Positions 21,731 through 35,222 are shown, numbered from the stretch's first letter. The stretch is DNA of 64,000 bases from Thermodesulfobacteriota bacterium (GCA_039714535.1 JBDLJC010000011.1:3184-67183), one strand, 5' to 3'. Notes: generated by a model from the letters alone, not told the origin. Numbers and translations are program-made.

Positions 21731-23938
21731 TCATTTTTTAACTGATCCGACGTTAGCCGGTCCAGGAAAATCTTTTATTGCTTTAGCCAACTCATCAAGA
21801 TTTATGATCGGTTTCTCACAGGTATAATCGCGACATAGATAGACCGTGGTCTGACCATCGACCATCGTCTGAAACTTGGTATAACCGGCTATCTTTTCGA
21901 TCTTCAATCCCTCCGGGCCGGGCTGGTGCAAAACCACAACTTTATTAGGAGCAAAGCTGCGGTTGAGCAACTTCAGCACAGCCCCGGTAGCGGCAGAATC
22001 AGGCTTACCGGCAATGACAATCTCGCCGGCCGGGCCGAGCAGATAATCAACCGCGCTTAAAAACATCGCGTAGCCCGGCGGATATTCTCCGGCCTCTACC
22101 ATGATCTTTCGGCTCATTTTAGCGGACATCTCCCGAAATTTTGGTTCAACGGTAATTTTGGAGAGCTTCAGAATATTAAGCAGGGCCACTGAATTGCCGG
22201 CCGGAATGGCGCCATCATAAAAATCCCTGATCGAACCGAGCAGCTCTTCATTTCCGCTACCGGAAAAATTGAAAACCTCATGCTCATCGTCCCAGAAGAG
22301 ATTTACCATATCGTAGGTCAACTCGACGGCCAGAAGCAGATAATCATCATTAAAGTCTGCCTCGTAGAGATTCATCAGCCCATAGACCAGAAAGGCGTAG
22401 TCGTCCAGATAGGCCGGCAGGGCCGCCTCACCATCCCGGTATCTTCGCAACAGCCGACCCTTGTCATCCCGAAGTTCTCTTATAATAAAATCAGCCGCTT
22501 TTTCCGCCGCAGCCAGATATGAGCTCTCACCAAGAACCCTGCCACCCATCGCCAGAGCCGCGATCATCAGACCGTTCCAGGAAGTGAGGATCTTGTCATC
22601 CTTGAAGGGGTGAATCCGCTCGGCACGCTTAGCGAAAAGGATCTGCCGCGATTTTTCCAAGGCTGTCGGAAAATCGGTTTCCTGCAGATGAAGGATGTTA
22701 AGGCCGGTCTGGTTTCCCGTTACCTCGTCATGATAATTGCCATCCTTTTTAATCCCGAACACCTTGCTGAACTCTGCCCCATCCTCCGCCCCCAGCAGGT
22801 TGGTTATCTCCGCGACTGACCAGAGATAGAACTTGCCCTCAACCCCTTCCGAGTCGGCATCCTCGGCCGAATAGAAACCACCGGTCGGGGCGGTCATGTC
22901 CCGCAACACATAACTGAAGATCTCCCGGGCGGTGTCAGCAAAAAAATCCTCGCCGGTGGCCTGGTAGGTTTCCAGATAGGCAATGGCCAGCAGGGCCTGG
23001 TCATAAAGCATCTTCTCGAAATGGGGGACCAGGAATTCGCGGTCCGTCGAATAGCGGTGGAACCCCCAGCCAAGTTGATCATAAATACCGCCCTTCCTTA
23101 GCGCAGTCAGAGTTTCTTTGACCATCTCCAGGGCCTGTTCCTCACCGGTTCTTTGCCAGTAACGCAGTAGAAACATCAACTGATGCGGACTTGGAAACTT
23201 CGGGGCCTTGCCAAAGCCGCCATACTGGGAATCGTAGATACTGGCAAATTGTTGATAAGCCTTGACCAGGATCGACTCATCGAGCTTACCTGCCTCTTTT
23301 TTCCCGGCTGTTTCATTGATAAGCCCGGTAATCTTTTCTGCAGAGCCAAGCAACCGCTCCTGATCACTTTGCCAAAGTTCAATGGTGCTTTCGATAATAT
23401 CAACAAATCCTGGCCGCCCATAACCGGACTCCACAGGAAAATAAGTGCCGGCAAAAAATGGTTTGCGGTCCGGGGTCATAAATACGGTCAGGGGCCAGCC
23501 GCCGCGACCACTAATGATCTGAGCGACCTTCATATAGATGCCGTCAATATCGGGCCGCTCCTCGCGATCGACCTTGATCGAGATGAAGTGGCGGTTGAGA
23601 ATTTCAGCAACCCGCAGGCTTGCAAAGGACTCGTGGGCCATAACATGGCACCAGTGGCAGGTTGAGTAGCCAATCGAGAGGAAGATCGGTTTATTTTCCC
23701 GTCGAGCCCGGGCAAAGGCCTCCTCCCCCCACGGATACCAGTCCACCGGGTTTTCGGCATGCTGGAGGAGATAAGGGCTCTTCTCAAAGATGAGGCGATT
23801 ATATTTTGCCCCACCGTCAGGGGGGATCTTGCCAAGATCTATTTTGCTGATATCCATACCGCTCACCGGCCCGATTGAGACGATCTGCCCGACTACGAGC
23901 AGACCGGTCAAAAGCATTTTAAAAGAGAAAAATCTCAT
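21731..23938 (-). CDS. thioredoxin-domain protein of the YyaL/DUF255 family
   Basis: [13 protein letters not shown] and [11 protein letters not shown] motifs, followed by a six-hairpin-like C-terminal region. The start at [12 protein letters not shown] (23938), which gives a signal-like N-terminus, is preferred. Confidence 0.85.
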   Translation of the reverse strand: MRFFSFKMLLTGLLVVGQIVSIGPVSGMDISKIDLGKIPPDGGAKYNRLIFEKSPYLLQHAENPVDWYPWGEEAFARARRENKPIFLSIGYSTCHWCHVMAHESFASLRVAEILNRHFISIKVDREERPDIDGIYMKVAQIISGRGGWPLTVFMTPDRKPFFAGTYFPVESGYGRPGFVDIIESTIELWQSDQERLLGSAEKITGLINETAGKKEAGKLDESILVKAYQQFASIYDSQYGGFGKAPKFPSPHQLMFLLRYWQRTGEEQALEMVKETLTALRKGGIYDQLGWGFHRYSTDREFLVPHFEKMLYDQALLAIAYLETYQATGEDFFADTAREIFSYVLRDMTAPTGGFYSAEDADSEGVEGKFYLWSVAEITNLLGAEDGAEFSKVFGIKKDGNYHDEVTGNQTGLNILHLQETDFPTALEKSRQILFAKRAERIHPFKDDKILTSWNGLMIAALAMGGRVLGESSYLAAAEKAADFIIRELRDDKGRLLRRYRDGEAALPAYLDDYAFLVYGLMNLYEADFNDDYLLLAVELTYDMVNLFWDDEHEVFNFSGSGNEELLGSIRDFYDGAIPAGNSVALLNILKLSKITVEPKFREMSAKMSRKIMVEAGEYPPGYAMFLSAVDYLLGPAGEIVIAGKPDSAATGAVLKLLNRSFAPNKVVVLHQPGPEGLKIEKIAGYTKFQTMVDGQTTVYLCRDYTCEKPIINLDELAKAIKDFPGPANVGSVKK

Positions 23939-24337
23939 ATCGCCCTTACTGCACATCACTAACATCACAAGCGCTGAAAGATGATTGATATCGCGGGCAA
24001 ATTCAAACTCACTGCAACGTACTCCCATAGACATCTTATAACCTTGCAAGCAGAACAAACCAGCATTACATTGATTGTGTTCTTAAAATTTCGATCTACG
24101 TCGTCGTAATGCATTTTACTAACCATCCTTAAACTTTTGCGAGAGTAGCCATGATTGAAATATTCAAAATATCGTTTTCCATTATTATCGCCGGGGTAAC
24201 CCTGGCTGTTATCATCAAGAAAAAAGAGCCCGAGTGCCCGGCCTGACTACCCCTCTATGCTTCTTTGGGTATGGGTCTCATATCCTACGTACTTCTTTCC
24301 AAGTTTTTTTAATTTCTCATATTTAGAGTCATAATAA

Positions 24338-25462
24338 ATGAAGATAAACAACATCGCCTACCGAACCATCTGGCCGGATCCGGATAACCAGAAGGTCATC
24401 AAGATCATCGACCAACGCCACTTGCCCCACCAATTAATTATTGAAGATCTGAACAATGTTAATGATTTTGCCGCTGCAATTAGTGAGATGCATGTGCGGG
24501 GAGCAGGATTGATCGGCGCCACTGCCGGTTTCGGCATGTACAGCGCTATTATAGCCGCCGGTAATGACAATGTTGACGAGGTGTTGCAAGAGGCGGCAGA
24601 AAAACTTATCTCCACCCGACCAACTGCCACCAACTTGGCTTGGGCCGTGACCCGGCAACTGGAAGCGGTTAAAACCGGCAACGATCTTGCTGAAAAAACC
24701 AGCATCATGTTCAACACCGCCTGTCAGATCGCCGATGAAGATGCCGACTACTGTCGCCGCCTTGGCGAACACGGCCTGGAGATAATCAGAAAGATCAGCA
24801 AAAAGAAAAACGGCGAGCCGGTCAATATTCTCACCCACTGCAACGCCGGTTGGCTGGCCTTTGTCGATTACGGCTCGGCCACCGCGCCGATCTATGCCGC
24901 CCACCGTGAGGGGATAAAAGTCCATGTCTGGGTTGATGAAACCAGGCCGTGGCTGCAGGGTGCCAAACTGACCGCCTGGGAGTTGAACGAAGAAGGTGTG
25001 CCCCATACCCTGATCGTCGACAATACCGGCGGCCACCTCATGCAGCACGATCTGGTCGATATGGTTATCGTCGGCACCGACCGCACCACCTACACCGGCG
25101 ATGTGGCTAACAAGATCGGCACCTATCTCAAGGCGTTGGCCGCCAAAGACAACGGGGTTCCCTTCTATGTGGCCCTGCCATCCTCAACCTTCGACTGGCA
25201 GATTAGAGACGGGGTAAAAGAGATCCCGGTTGAAGAACGAAGCGGCGATGAAATCAAATATGTCAGCGGTATTACCGAAGCAGATCAGATAGAAACAGTC
25301 AGGATAGCCCCTGAAACCAGCGATACGGCTAACTATGGGTTTGATGTAACCCCCGCCCGCTTGGTAACTGGTTTAATAACCGAACGGGGAATCTGCGGTG
25401 CTAATGAGGAAGAGGTTCTTAAGCTGTATCCGGAAAAGAAATTATTCTCTAAAGCGGACTAA
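24338..25462 (+). CDS. mtnA: S-methyl-5-thioribose-1-phosphate isomerase (eIF-2B-like family)
   Basis: 374 aa. The sequence QRHLPHQL, VRGAGLIGATA, THCNAG and the family-typical length match MtnA. Confidence 0.85.
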   Translation: MKINNIAYRTIWPDPDNQKVIKIIDQRHLPHQLIIEDLNNVNDFAAAISEMHVRGAGLIGATAGFGMYSAIIAAGNDNVDEVLQEAAEKLISTRPTATNLAWAVTRQLEAVKTGNDLAEKTSIMFNTACQIADEDADYCRRLGEHGLEIIRKISKKKNGEPVNILTHCNAGWLAFVDYGSATAPIYAAHREGIKVHVWVDETRPWLQGAKLTAWELNEEGVPHTLIVDNTGGHLMQHDLVDMVIVGTDRTTYTGDVANKIGTYLKALAAKDNGVPFYVALPSSTFDWQIRDGVKEIPVEERSGDEIKYVSGITEADQIETVRIAPETSDTANYGFDVTPARLVTGLITERGICGANEEEVLKLYPEKKLFSKAD

Positions 25463-25702
25463 ACATCTAATAAATCAGACTTGCTCTGACCATTCAGCAA
25501 AGCGGCTTTTATCTTTATCTGACAATTGCCATTTTATGATAAAAGATAACAATCTATAGTTTTGAGGGTGGCTTTTTTCTCAAGATGCCGGCGAGACATC
25601 TCAAATCTGGTTAACACTAGATTTGAGGGAAAACCACAACACAAACAACCATTACAATGACTGGAAGCAGGTCCAGTAGAACTGGGGGCAGGAAAAACAC
25701 TT

Positions 25703-28363
25703 TCAAGGCAAAAGTTGGTTGATTACCTTCGATAACTCCTGTAGTTGATAAGGTTTTACAATTGCGGAGCAGAAACCATAATTTTTGAAATTTGCCATAA
25801 TTGGGTCATTTGAGTATCCGCTGGAAACAATGACTTTGGCCTCTGGATCAATGTTTAGTATTTTCCGCACGGCTTCTTGCCCCCCCATGCCTCCTGGAAT
25901 GGTAATATCCAAGACGACCAAATCAAAGTGTTTGTCCGATTTCATGGATTCTTGATAAAATTCTAACGCCTCCTCGCCACCTGCTGCAAGAGCAACCTCA
26001 TGTCCTAATTGCACTAACATCTCTTTGGCGACGGTCCTCACCATTTCATCATCATCCATTATCAGAATCTTTGCTTGGGAGGATGACTTGTCTTTTCCGG
26101 ATGATCTCTGCTTTTGTACTATTGTCTTCTCTGATGCCGGAAGATAAATGGTGAACGTTGTGCCAATGTTTGGAGAAGATTCTACCGATATATGGCCATT
26201 GTGTTTGTTTATGATGGATTGGGTAATGGCAAGGCCGAGCCCGCTCCCTTCATGTTTTGTAGAAAAATAGGGGTCAAATATCTTTTCAGCAACATTCGCC
26301 GACATGCCGATGCCGCTGTCCTGGATAGATATTTTTACGAATCTTCCTTCTTTTGCTAAAGGCAAGGCATCTCTACCGGTAAAAGAAATATTCTCACAGG
26401 TTACCGTGATGATTCCCCCTTCTGGCATTGCATGGCTGGCATTAAGAACAAGATTTTGAATTACCTGACTTATCTGTCCTTTATCAATATCGACGAGCCA
26501 TAAGTCTTCCGGGATATCGTAACGGCAGGCAACTTTATCACCGTGAAGGACAAAATTTGCTGAGTCTTTGATGATACTTTCAAGGGATGATGCTTCTTTA
26601 ACAGGATCACCTCCCTTGGAAAAGGTCAGCAACTGCTGGGTCAAGTCCTTGGCCCTGATTGAGGCCTTCTCTGCCGCTTTTAGACGATTTTTTGTTTTGG
26701 CTGATAGCTCTGCATCAAAAAGGGCCAGATTGATGTTCCCTAAAATAGCAGTGAGAATATTGTTAAAGTCATGGGCGATACCACCAGCCAGCACGCCGAT
26801 GGACTTAAGTTTTTTGGTCTTAAGCAGCTCCTTTTCCGTCTTGATCTGGATGGTAACATCTCTGAAGACCATGACCACCCCAACAATATTGCTCTCGGCA
26901 TCAAGGATCGGGGCGCCACTGTGGGTAATATTAATTTCACGGCCATCCTTAGCGACCAGAATTTGATTGATCAAGCCGACAACTTGGTTGCTACTGATAA
27001 CTTTTGTGATCGGATTTTCACATATCTCTCTGGTTTGTTCATTGATAATGTGAAAGACCTCTTCAAAAGGCCGGTCGGCGGCCTCGTTATTGTTCCAGCC
27101 CGTAAGGTTCTCGGCAACTTTGTTCATCAGGATAATATTTCCGGAGATATCAGTAGTGATGACGCCATCGCCAATACTTCGTAAGGTCACGGACAAGCGT
27201 TCTTTTTCAGCGGCAAGATCAACTTGGGCCTGGAGACGCTCAGTGACGTCTATGCCATATTCAATCATCTGAATAAGCTCCCCTTGCCGATTGAAAACGG
27301 GATAGGCATAGACCTCAATATTCCTCTTGTTTCCATTCTGGTCGAAATGAATATGTTCAACCATCGTAGGTTTTTTTGTCTTTTTTACAATTTCAAGCGG
27401 ACAAGGATGGTTTGCATCGTGGCAAGGGCTGTCCCGCCTGTGAGTGAGGGCGTGACAAGTATTCGTCTCACCGGCTTTGATTCCACTGGCGGAGTTTGCT
27501 ATTTTAATCGTATAGTCGTTGACATCAATGGCATATAGAGGATGGGTCACGGATTCCAGGATGCTGGTAATATACTCATTTTGTTGGACAAGCTCTTCCA
27601 CCGTCCGCCGAATGGAATCCCGCATGTGACTGAAACTGCGGGCCAGTGTCCCCACCTCATCTGTGCCTCCCAGGTCAATCTTCTGGTCGAGGTTACCGTC
27701 AGCCATCGCCTTGGAAATATTCGTCAATCTGGTTATGGGTTTGGTGAACCTGGTAACAATAAGTGATAGTCCAAAAAGCACACAGAGGGCTATTCCTCCC
27801 ATGATGTACACAAGAAGATTACGAAACCTCCGGGCATCAGCATATTTGATATCCAGTGGGACTGTATAGCCAATCACCCAATTCCACTCAGAGAATTTTT
27901 TAAAAATACACCATTTCTTTTGTCCAAGATAAGTGTAGTCAAAGTTCCCTTCGCTTGAAGCGATCATTTTTCCGACAATTTCCGTCTGCGTTAGAGTTAG
28001 GTCTCCCTCCGGAAGCGCAGGGTGCATGACCACCTTACCGTCTGCATCAATGATGAATGGGTAAATAAGTTGATCGGCATGCTTGTAATTGGTCTTTCGG
28101 ATAACCCTCAAGCTTTCTTCTTTGAAGTCTTCGGCATACGATCCCACCAGCCCCGTCTTCTTGAGCCATTTATCACTTCTGCGAAGGAGGTCAAAGATCT
28201 CCTCTATTTTCTCGGCATACAAGGCATTCTGACTTTCGTCTATAATCTTGGTCAGCTGGATATCTCCGATAATCAGGACGCTGGCCGTAGTAAAAATAAA
28301 AGCGCTTACGATAAGGGACAACAGCTTGAATGTTATCGAGTTTCGCCTCATGTATACTCTCAT
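25703..28363 (-). CDS. hybrid sensor histidine kinase (periplasmic sensor, HAMP, PAS, HisKA, HATPase_c, C-terminal receiver)
   Basis: 886 aa with two TM segments flanking a Cache-like region. The H-box is GGIAHDFNNILT, the N-box is NLVLNASHAMPEGG and the G-box is DSGIGM. The receiver domain carries ILIMDDDE ... DLVVLDITIPGGMGG. Confidence 0.9.
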   Translation of the reverse strand: MRVYMRRNSITFKLLSLIVSAFIFTTASVLIIGDIQLTKIIDESQNALYAEKIEEIFDLLRRSDKWLKKTGLVGSYAEDFKEESLRVIRKTNYKHADQLIYPFIIDADGKVVMHPALPEGDLTLTQTEIVGKMIASSEGNFDYTYLGQKKWCIFKKFSEWNWVIGYTVPLDIKYADARRFRNLLVYIMGGIALCVLFGLSLIVTRFTKPITRLTNISKAMADGNLDQKIDLGGTDEVGTLARSFSHMRDSIRRTVEELVQQNEYITSILESVTHPLYAIDVNDYTIKIANSASGIKAGETNTCHALTHRRDSPCHDANHPCPLEIVKKTKKPTMVEHIHFDQNGNKRNIEVYAYPVFNRQGELIQMIEYGIDVTERLQAQVDLAAEKERLSVTLRSIGDGVITTDISGNIILMNKVAENLTGWNNNEAADRPFEEVFHIINEQTREICENPITKVISSNQVVGLINQILVAKDGREINITHSGAPILDAESNIVGVVMVFRDVTIQIKTEKELLKTKKLKSIGVLAGGIAHDFNNILTAILGNINLALFDAELSAKTKNRLKAAEKASIRAKDLTQQLLTFSKGGDPVKEASSLESIIKDSANFVLHGDKVACRYDIPEDLWLVDIDKGQISQVIQNLVLNASHAMPEGGIITVTCENISFTGRDALPLAKEGRFVKISIQDSGIGMSANVAEKIFDPYFSTKHEGSGLGLAITQSIINKHNGHISVESSPNIGTTFTIYLPASEKTIVQKQRSSGKDKSSSQAKILIMDDDEMVRTVAKEMLVQLGHEVALAAGGEEALEFYQESMKSDKHFDLVVLDITIPGGMGGQEAVRKILNIDPEAKVIVSSGYSNDPIMANFKNYGFCSAIVKPYQLQELSKVINQLLP

Positions 28364-28562
28364 TTAATCCAGCTGATTTTCGAGAAAGGTGACTTTTTTA
28401 TCAGCTTCATCGGCAACTTGATTCCCAACCGCCATCCATTAACCCTTGTATAACCAATCCTATTATTGAATAAACCAGACATCTCTCTCCTTTATCTGGA
28501 CATTATCCAATTTATTGATGTTTGAATGCAAGGTTGAAATTGAGTGATAATAACTGATGTAC

Positions 28563-29812
28563 CAGTGCTGTCTCATAGTTGATCAATAAAAAACGGCTCG
28601 GGAACTCCTAAAATGTTATAATTAGTTCACCACAAACTTAATAATAACAAGGAGATCCGAGCCATGGCACATTATAACACAATCCTTAGTCAAATTACTG
28701 CATTTATCCCGAGACATGATTTTGAATACCATGCTGATATCCATCCACACAGGGCAAAAATTCCGTTCTTACAACCGCTGGAGTCAGTTCATGGCAATGC
28801 TAATCGGCCAATTATCTGGCAGAAAAAGTCTTCGGGATATCACTGATAACTTGAAGGCAAAACAAAGCCGACTCTACCACCTCGGCATGAAGCCAACTTC
28901 CAGGGCAACATTAGCCAGAGTTAACGAGCGACAACCTGCCAGCCTTTACGAAATTATGTTTGGCAAGCTGTTGTCCAAGTGTCAGCACGTTGCCCCCAGC
29001 CACAAGTTCTCGTTTAAAAACAAGCTGTACCTGCTCGACACAACCACCATCGACCTCTGCCTTTCAGTATTTCCGTGGGCCAAGTTCCGCAAGCAAAAAG
29101 GTGCTATCAGGTTGCATATGGGGTTTGATGCAAGCGGTTATCTTCCAGCCTTTATGGACATGACCGACGGTAAGGTCCATGAAATCAACTGGGCAAAAAC
29201 TCTTACCCTGCCAAAGGGGTCTTTCATCTGTTTTGACCGAGGATTTACAGACTATGGCTGGTATTCCTCGCTCATGGAAAATGACATTTTCTTTGTCACC
29301 CGCTTAAAAAGTAATGCTGATGTTGACTACCTTCTCAAGCGTGCTGGCCGTAAAGGCAAGGGCATAACCAACGACCAGCAGATCAGGCTTAAGGGTATAG
29401 CCGCCCCCCCTCCGACTCGTGTCGTACATCGATTCGGACACCGGCAAAGAGTATCGTTATGTCACCAACGCCCACCACTTGAAGGCCAACGAGGTGGCCG
29501 ATATATACAAAGAGCGTTGGCAAATTGAACAGTTCTTCAAGTGGATCAAACAAAACCTTAAAATCAAAACATTCCTGGGGACATCAAGGAACGCCGTACT
29601 AACCCAGGTCTGGATAGCTCTGTGTGTCTACATGCTTGTAACTTTCCTCAATTTTAAAGCAAAATTGGGCAGTTCGATGACTCAGATACTGAGGGTATTG
29701 CAGTTAAACTTGTTTTCTCGGCGTAATTTCAACGACCTTTTCAGGCCACCAGACGAACAACCCATTGTTTCTCCGCAGATTTTGCTGTGGGAGAATTTGT
29801 GAGACAGCACTG
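28563..29812 (+). mobile_element. IS4-family insertion sequence (1250 bp)
   Basis: The 13-bp terminal inverted repeats are cagtgctgtctca (28563-28575) and tgagacagcactg (29800-29812). They are flanked by the 9-bp direct repeat ctgatgtac at 28554-28562 and 29813-29821, which I read as a target-site duplication. The element encloses a DDE transposase reading frame. Confidence 0.9.
28664..29802 (+). pseudogene. IS4-family DDE transposase, interrupted by two frameshifts
   Basis: The reading frame is split across three frames. The first piece is MAHYNTILSQITAFIPRHDFE. The second runs from HTGQKFRSYNRWSQFMAMLIGQLSGRKSLRD to IRLKGIA. The third runs from LRLVSYIDSDTGKEYRYVTN through IYKERWQIEQFFKWIKQ. 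The shifts are near 28735 (an apparent 1-nt insertion in catccac) and at the C7 run 29404-29410. Confidence 0.85.
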
Positions 29813-29926
29813 CTGATGTACAAAAAATTAAAGAGAGAGTTAGAGACTTAATATGAAGATTATTACAAATTATACTTCAGTTTTAAGGAGGACTCCTTTC
29901 TTAAAACTCCAAAATTTATTCGCTCA

Positions 29927-31045
29927 TCATACTGACTGCAGACCAAGCCATTCCACAACCTTATCATGAAAGGCAGGCCTGAATTGCTTTATAAGCTCAT
30001 TATCCCGGCTGGGATGAACCCGGTTGGACAGAATTACTATTACCAACTCACGCTCAGGGTCAATCCAGAAAGAGGTTCCGGTGAAACCGAGGTGGCCGAC
30101 ACTGGTTGTTGATAAGTATTTTCCACTGCTTGATTTACCTGGGGTCGGCGTATCAAAACCAAGGGCCCAGGTGTTGCCCTCAGGCCCAGATCTCCTCTGC
30201 AGGAAAGAAATCAGATCAAGTCTATCGATATTGGGATGATTTCTTCTCCCCAGCCAAATATCAAGAATAAGTTCAGTCAGATCAAGAACTCCGGATATAT
30301 CACCATATAGACCGGCATGACCGGCTACTCCACCTAAGGCCCAGCAGTTTTCATCGCTAACCTCACCTTGTAACAACCTCCCGCGCCAGGGACACTCCTC
30401 AACGGCCGCAAATTGCTTACCACAGTGCTTCTCTGAGCCAAGAGGATTAAAAAAGATATTTTCCTCCAGACCTATAGGCTCCATTATCATTTTTTTAAAA
30501 TATGAGTCTAAGTCAATTCCTGAAATTTTTTCTATTATAAACCCCAATAACATATAACCAAGATCACTATATTGTACTTTACAACCAGGTTTATAACTCA
30601 GTGGTTCATTTAATAATAAATTAAAAATAAACTCTTTTCTTTTTCCTACTGAAACCTTAACTATCTCTTTAAAATAATTTCGATGAGCCGGTAATCCTGA
30701 AGAATGCGAAAGTAACTGTTTTATAGTAATTGAACTATAGATATCAGACATTTTTTTATTGATTATTATACTTTTTAAATCATCATCAATATTTATTTTT
30801 TTTTCTTTTGTTAATGATAAAATAGAAAGAACAGTTGCAAGTGGTTTTGTTAGTGAAGCAAGATCAAAAAAAACTTTTTTATTTAATGATTTAATTTTAT
30901 TATTTTTATTAAAATTACCAGATAATATTATAGATTTATTTCTTGAATTTTCATCGTTAAAACAAATACCAATAGAAACGGCCGGGAAAACTTTTTTATT
31001 TACACTCTCTTTAATAAATTTTTTTATTTTTTTATCTATATTCAT
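29927..31045 (-). CDS. serine hydrolase (beta-lactamase/transpeptidase-like family)
   Basis: 372 aa with the S-x-x-K motif in DLASLTKPLAT, plus later YSDLGY and HLGFTGTSFWIDP. GC content drops abruptly inside the ORF at about 30480. Confidence 0.8.
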   Translation of the reverse strand: MNIDKKIKKFIKESVNKKVFPAVSIGICFNDENSRNKSIILSGNFNKNNKIKSLNKKVFFDLASLTKPLATVLSILSLTKEKKINIDDDLKSIIINKKMSDIYSSITIKQLLSHSSGLPAHRNYFKEIVKVSVGKRKEFIFNLLLNEPLSYKPGCKVQYSDLGYMLLGFIIEKISGIDLDSYFKKMIMEPIGLEENIFFNPLGSEKHCGKQFAAVEECPWRGRLLQGEVSDENCWALGGVAGHAGLYGDISGVLDLTELILDIWLGRRNHPNIDRLDLISFLQRRSGPEGNTWALGFDTPTPGKSSSGKYLSTTSVGHLGFTGTSFWIDPERELVIVILSNRVHPSRDNELIKQFRPAFHDKVVEWLGLQSV

Positions 31046-31436
31046 AATTCTTACTTATTATTGAATAATTTCAATTACTTATATAATTATATTTTTTTAT
31101 TATTATTCGCCTGATTTTTTCATCTTTTTTTCTAAATAAATCAACTAGTTACATGTTGTTAAAATAAGGTGATTTTGTTGATTTTTAACTACTTTTAAAT
31201 TAGTATTCTACGTCTTATAAAACCAGTTCTTTTTAAGAGCTGTTTAATTAATAACACCAACTGTTGATAAAAATTTTTAACTACTTTCAATGGTTGTTTT
31301 TCAATATATTTTAAATAATTAATTTATAATAATTTTTTTAATTTTTTTAGGTAGTTATCTGTGTTTTCAACATACTAACAGGCCTAAGAGTAATAAAAAA
31401 GATTATTTAAAAACTTAATACTAAAGGGAACTGACC
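31046..31436. other. Very AT-rich intergenic region upstream of dnaN, a candidate oriC or DNA-unwinding region
   Basis: 390 bp that is almost entirely A/T. The unit TGTTGA(+0 or 6 nt)TTTTTAACTACTTT is repeated at 31176-31195 and 31262-31287. One 8/9 DnaA-box match, TGTTGATAA, lies at 31262-31270. Genes diverge from this gap. Confidence 0.4.
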
Positions 31437-32567
31437 ATGTCTTTTTCTGTGAATCTTTCGAGAGATGAGTTTCTGGCAGGCCTAGCTTCTTTACAGAACA
31501 TCACCGGCAAGAAAGGTACTATAGCTATTCTTTCCAATGTTTTACTTGAAACGGGGATTAATCAGATAATTCTTACCGCGACCGATCTTGAAGTAGGGGT
31601 AAGAATTACTATCCCTGCTGAAATAATGGCAGAGGGTACTATAACCCTGCCAGCCAGAAAGCTTTTTGAAATTGTCAGAGAGTCAGGAGTTGATATGCTC
31701 CATCTTGAACTCCACGATAATGACTGGGTTAAGATCTCGGCCAATTCCAGTGATTATAATCTGGCCGGTATGTCGGCCGAGGAATTTCCTTCCTTTCCTG
31801 AATATGATAAAAAAGGACTGATTAAAATTCCTTCTGATACCCTGATAGAGCTTATTGACCGCACTATTTTTTCAACTGCCCCGGAGGGAGAAAGTCAATT
31901 TAATCTGGCCGGTGTCTTGGTAGAAAAAGAAAAAAAGGAAGAAGGCTATGTATTGAGAATGGTTTCCTCCGATGGCCATCGCCTCTCACTTATGGAATTA
32001 GCTGTTGAAAGCGATCTTGATAAACTCAATATGGATAAGATCACTCTCATTCCCCGTAAAGGGGTTATGGAAATAAGAAAATTTTGTGAAGGCAGTGAAT
32101 TGGTTTCCCTAGCCTTTGAAAATAACCAGGCCGTTATTAAAACAGAAAGTTCTCTGTTGATTATCAGGTTAATGAATGGCGATTTTCCAGACTACCGAAA
32201 TATCATAAATATCATAGAGTTAGACAAGTTTATTGAGATAAATCGACAGACCTTGATTAACTCGATGAAGAGGATGATTCTTTTTACTGAAGATCGTTTT
32301 AATGCGGTTAAATTTCATTTAGAGAAAGACAGTTTAATGCTCTCATCCGAGAGTATGGATATTGGTAATGCCAAAGATATACTCAATATTGGATATGTGG
32401 GTGAAACTATGAACCTTGGCTTTAACGGTAAATATTTTGTTGAGGCCATGCAGGTTATGAGTAGCGATAATGTGCGGGCCTATATTAATTCAGAAGAGAG
32501 CCCCTGTCTTTTAAAGGGTGTTGATGATGAAGGTTATATCAGCGTAATAATGCCGATGAAAATTTGA
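31437..32567 (+). CDS. dnaN: DNA polymerase III beta subunit (sliding clamp)
   Basis: 376 aa with the family-typical length and sequence (LQNITGKKGTIAILSNVLLE, SSDGHRLS, MNGDFPDYRNII, ending VIMPMKI). It lies directly upstream of gyrB. Confidence 0.93.
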   Translation: MSFSVNLSRDEFLAGLASLQNITGKKGTIAILSNVLLETGINQIILTATDLEVGVRITIPAEIMAEGTITLPARKLFEIVRESGVDMLHLELHDNDWVKISANSSDYNLAGMSAEEFPSFPEYDKKGLIKIPSDTLIELIDRTIFSTAPEGESQFNLAGVLVEKEKKEEGYVLRMVSSDGHRLSLMELAVESDLDKLNMDKITLIPRKGVMEIRKFCEGSELVSLAFENNQAVIKTESSLLIIRLMNGDFPDYRNIINIIELDKFIEINRQTLINSMKRMILFTEDRFNAVKFHLEKDSLMLSSESMDIGNAKDILNIGYVGETMNLGFNGKYFVEAMQVMSSDNVRAYINSEESPCLLKGVDDEGYISVIMPMKI

Positions 32568-32659
32568 TTGATTATTAAATTATTTTCTAATGGGCATCCA
32601 TGGAAGGTAATTGGATTTTTAAGAGAGTACTAAATTTAGATAATTGGTAATTATATTGA

Positions 32660-35083
<2,424 letters not shown>

Positions 35084-35115
35084 GCACCTTACGACAAGTT
35101 GAAAAATATCTCTAA

Positions 35116-35222
35116 CCCCCAAGGGGATAAGTGCCTTAACGGCGGCTAGTAATATACTAGCATAAAAACTATATTTATATTTCGGGTTTTTAAAGTCATA
35201 AATCCAGTGCTAAGTCACTAAA
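35116..35222 (+). repeat. Structured intergenic repeat element, copy 2 (candidate ncRNA or 5' leader)
   Basis: The layout is CCCCC-AA-GGGG, then ATAAGTGCCTTAAC, then a small hairpin ctagta-ata-tactag, then CATAAAAAC within an AT-rich stretch, then GCTAAGTCACTAAA. It lies between the gyrB stop and the gyrA ATG (27 nt downstream) and has the same architecture as 8947-9058. Confidence 0.6.

Noticed and set aside
24151-24246. 31-codon ORF (MIEIFKISFSIIIAGVTLAVIIKKKEPECPA) upstream of mtnA that looks like a single-TM micro-protein.
   Set aside because: It has only a weak SD-like sequence (GAGAG), no terminator and no recognisable family. Evidence is insufficient to call it a gene without conservation data.
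26568-26966. A pair of similar antisense ORFs, 26568-26966 (+) and 39005-39508 (-). They share stretches such as SLTGSPPL.KVS.CWV and PRIAVR.LLKSWAIPPA, which could be mistaken for a conserved hidden gene.
   Set aside because: The similarity is a by-product of the sense-strand paralogy between the two histidine-kinase cores. The conserved H-box to N-box region, read on the opposite strand, gives these matches.
29833-29949. 38-codon plus-strand ORF (MKIITNYTSVLRRTPFLKL...) just right of the IS4 element.
   Set aside because: It overlaps the 3' end and probable terminator hairpin of the serine-hydrolase gene, has no SD and looks non-coding in composition.
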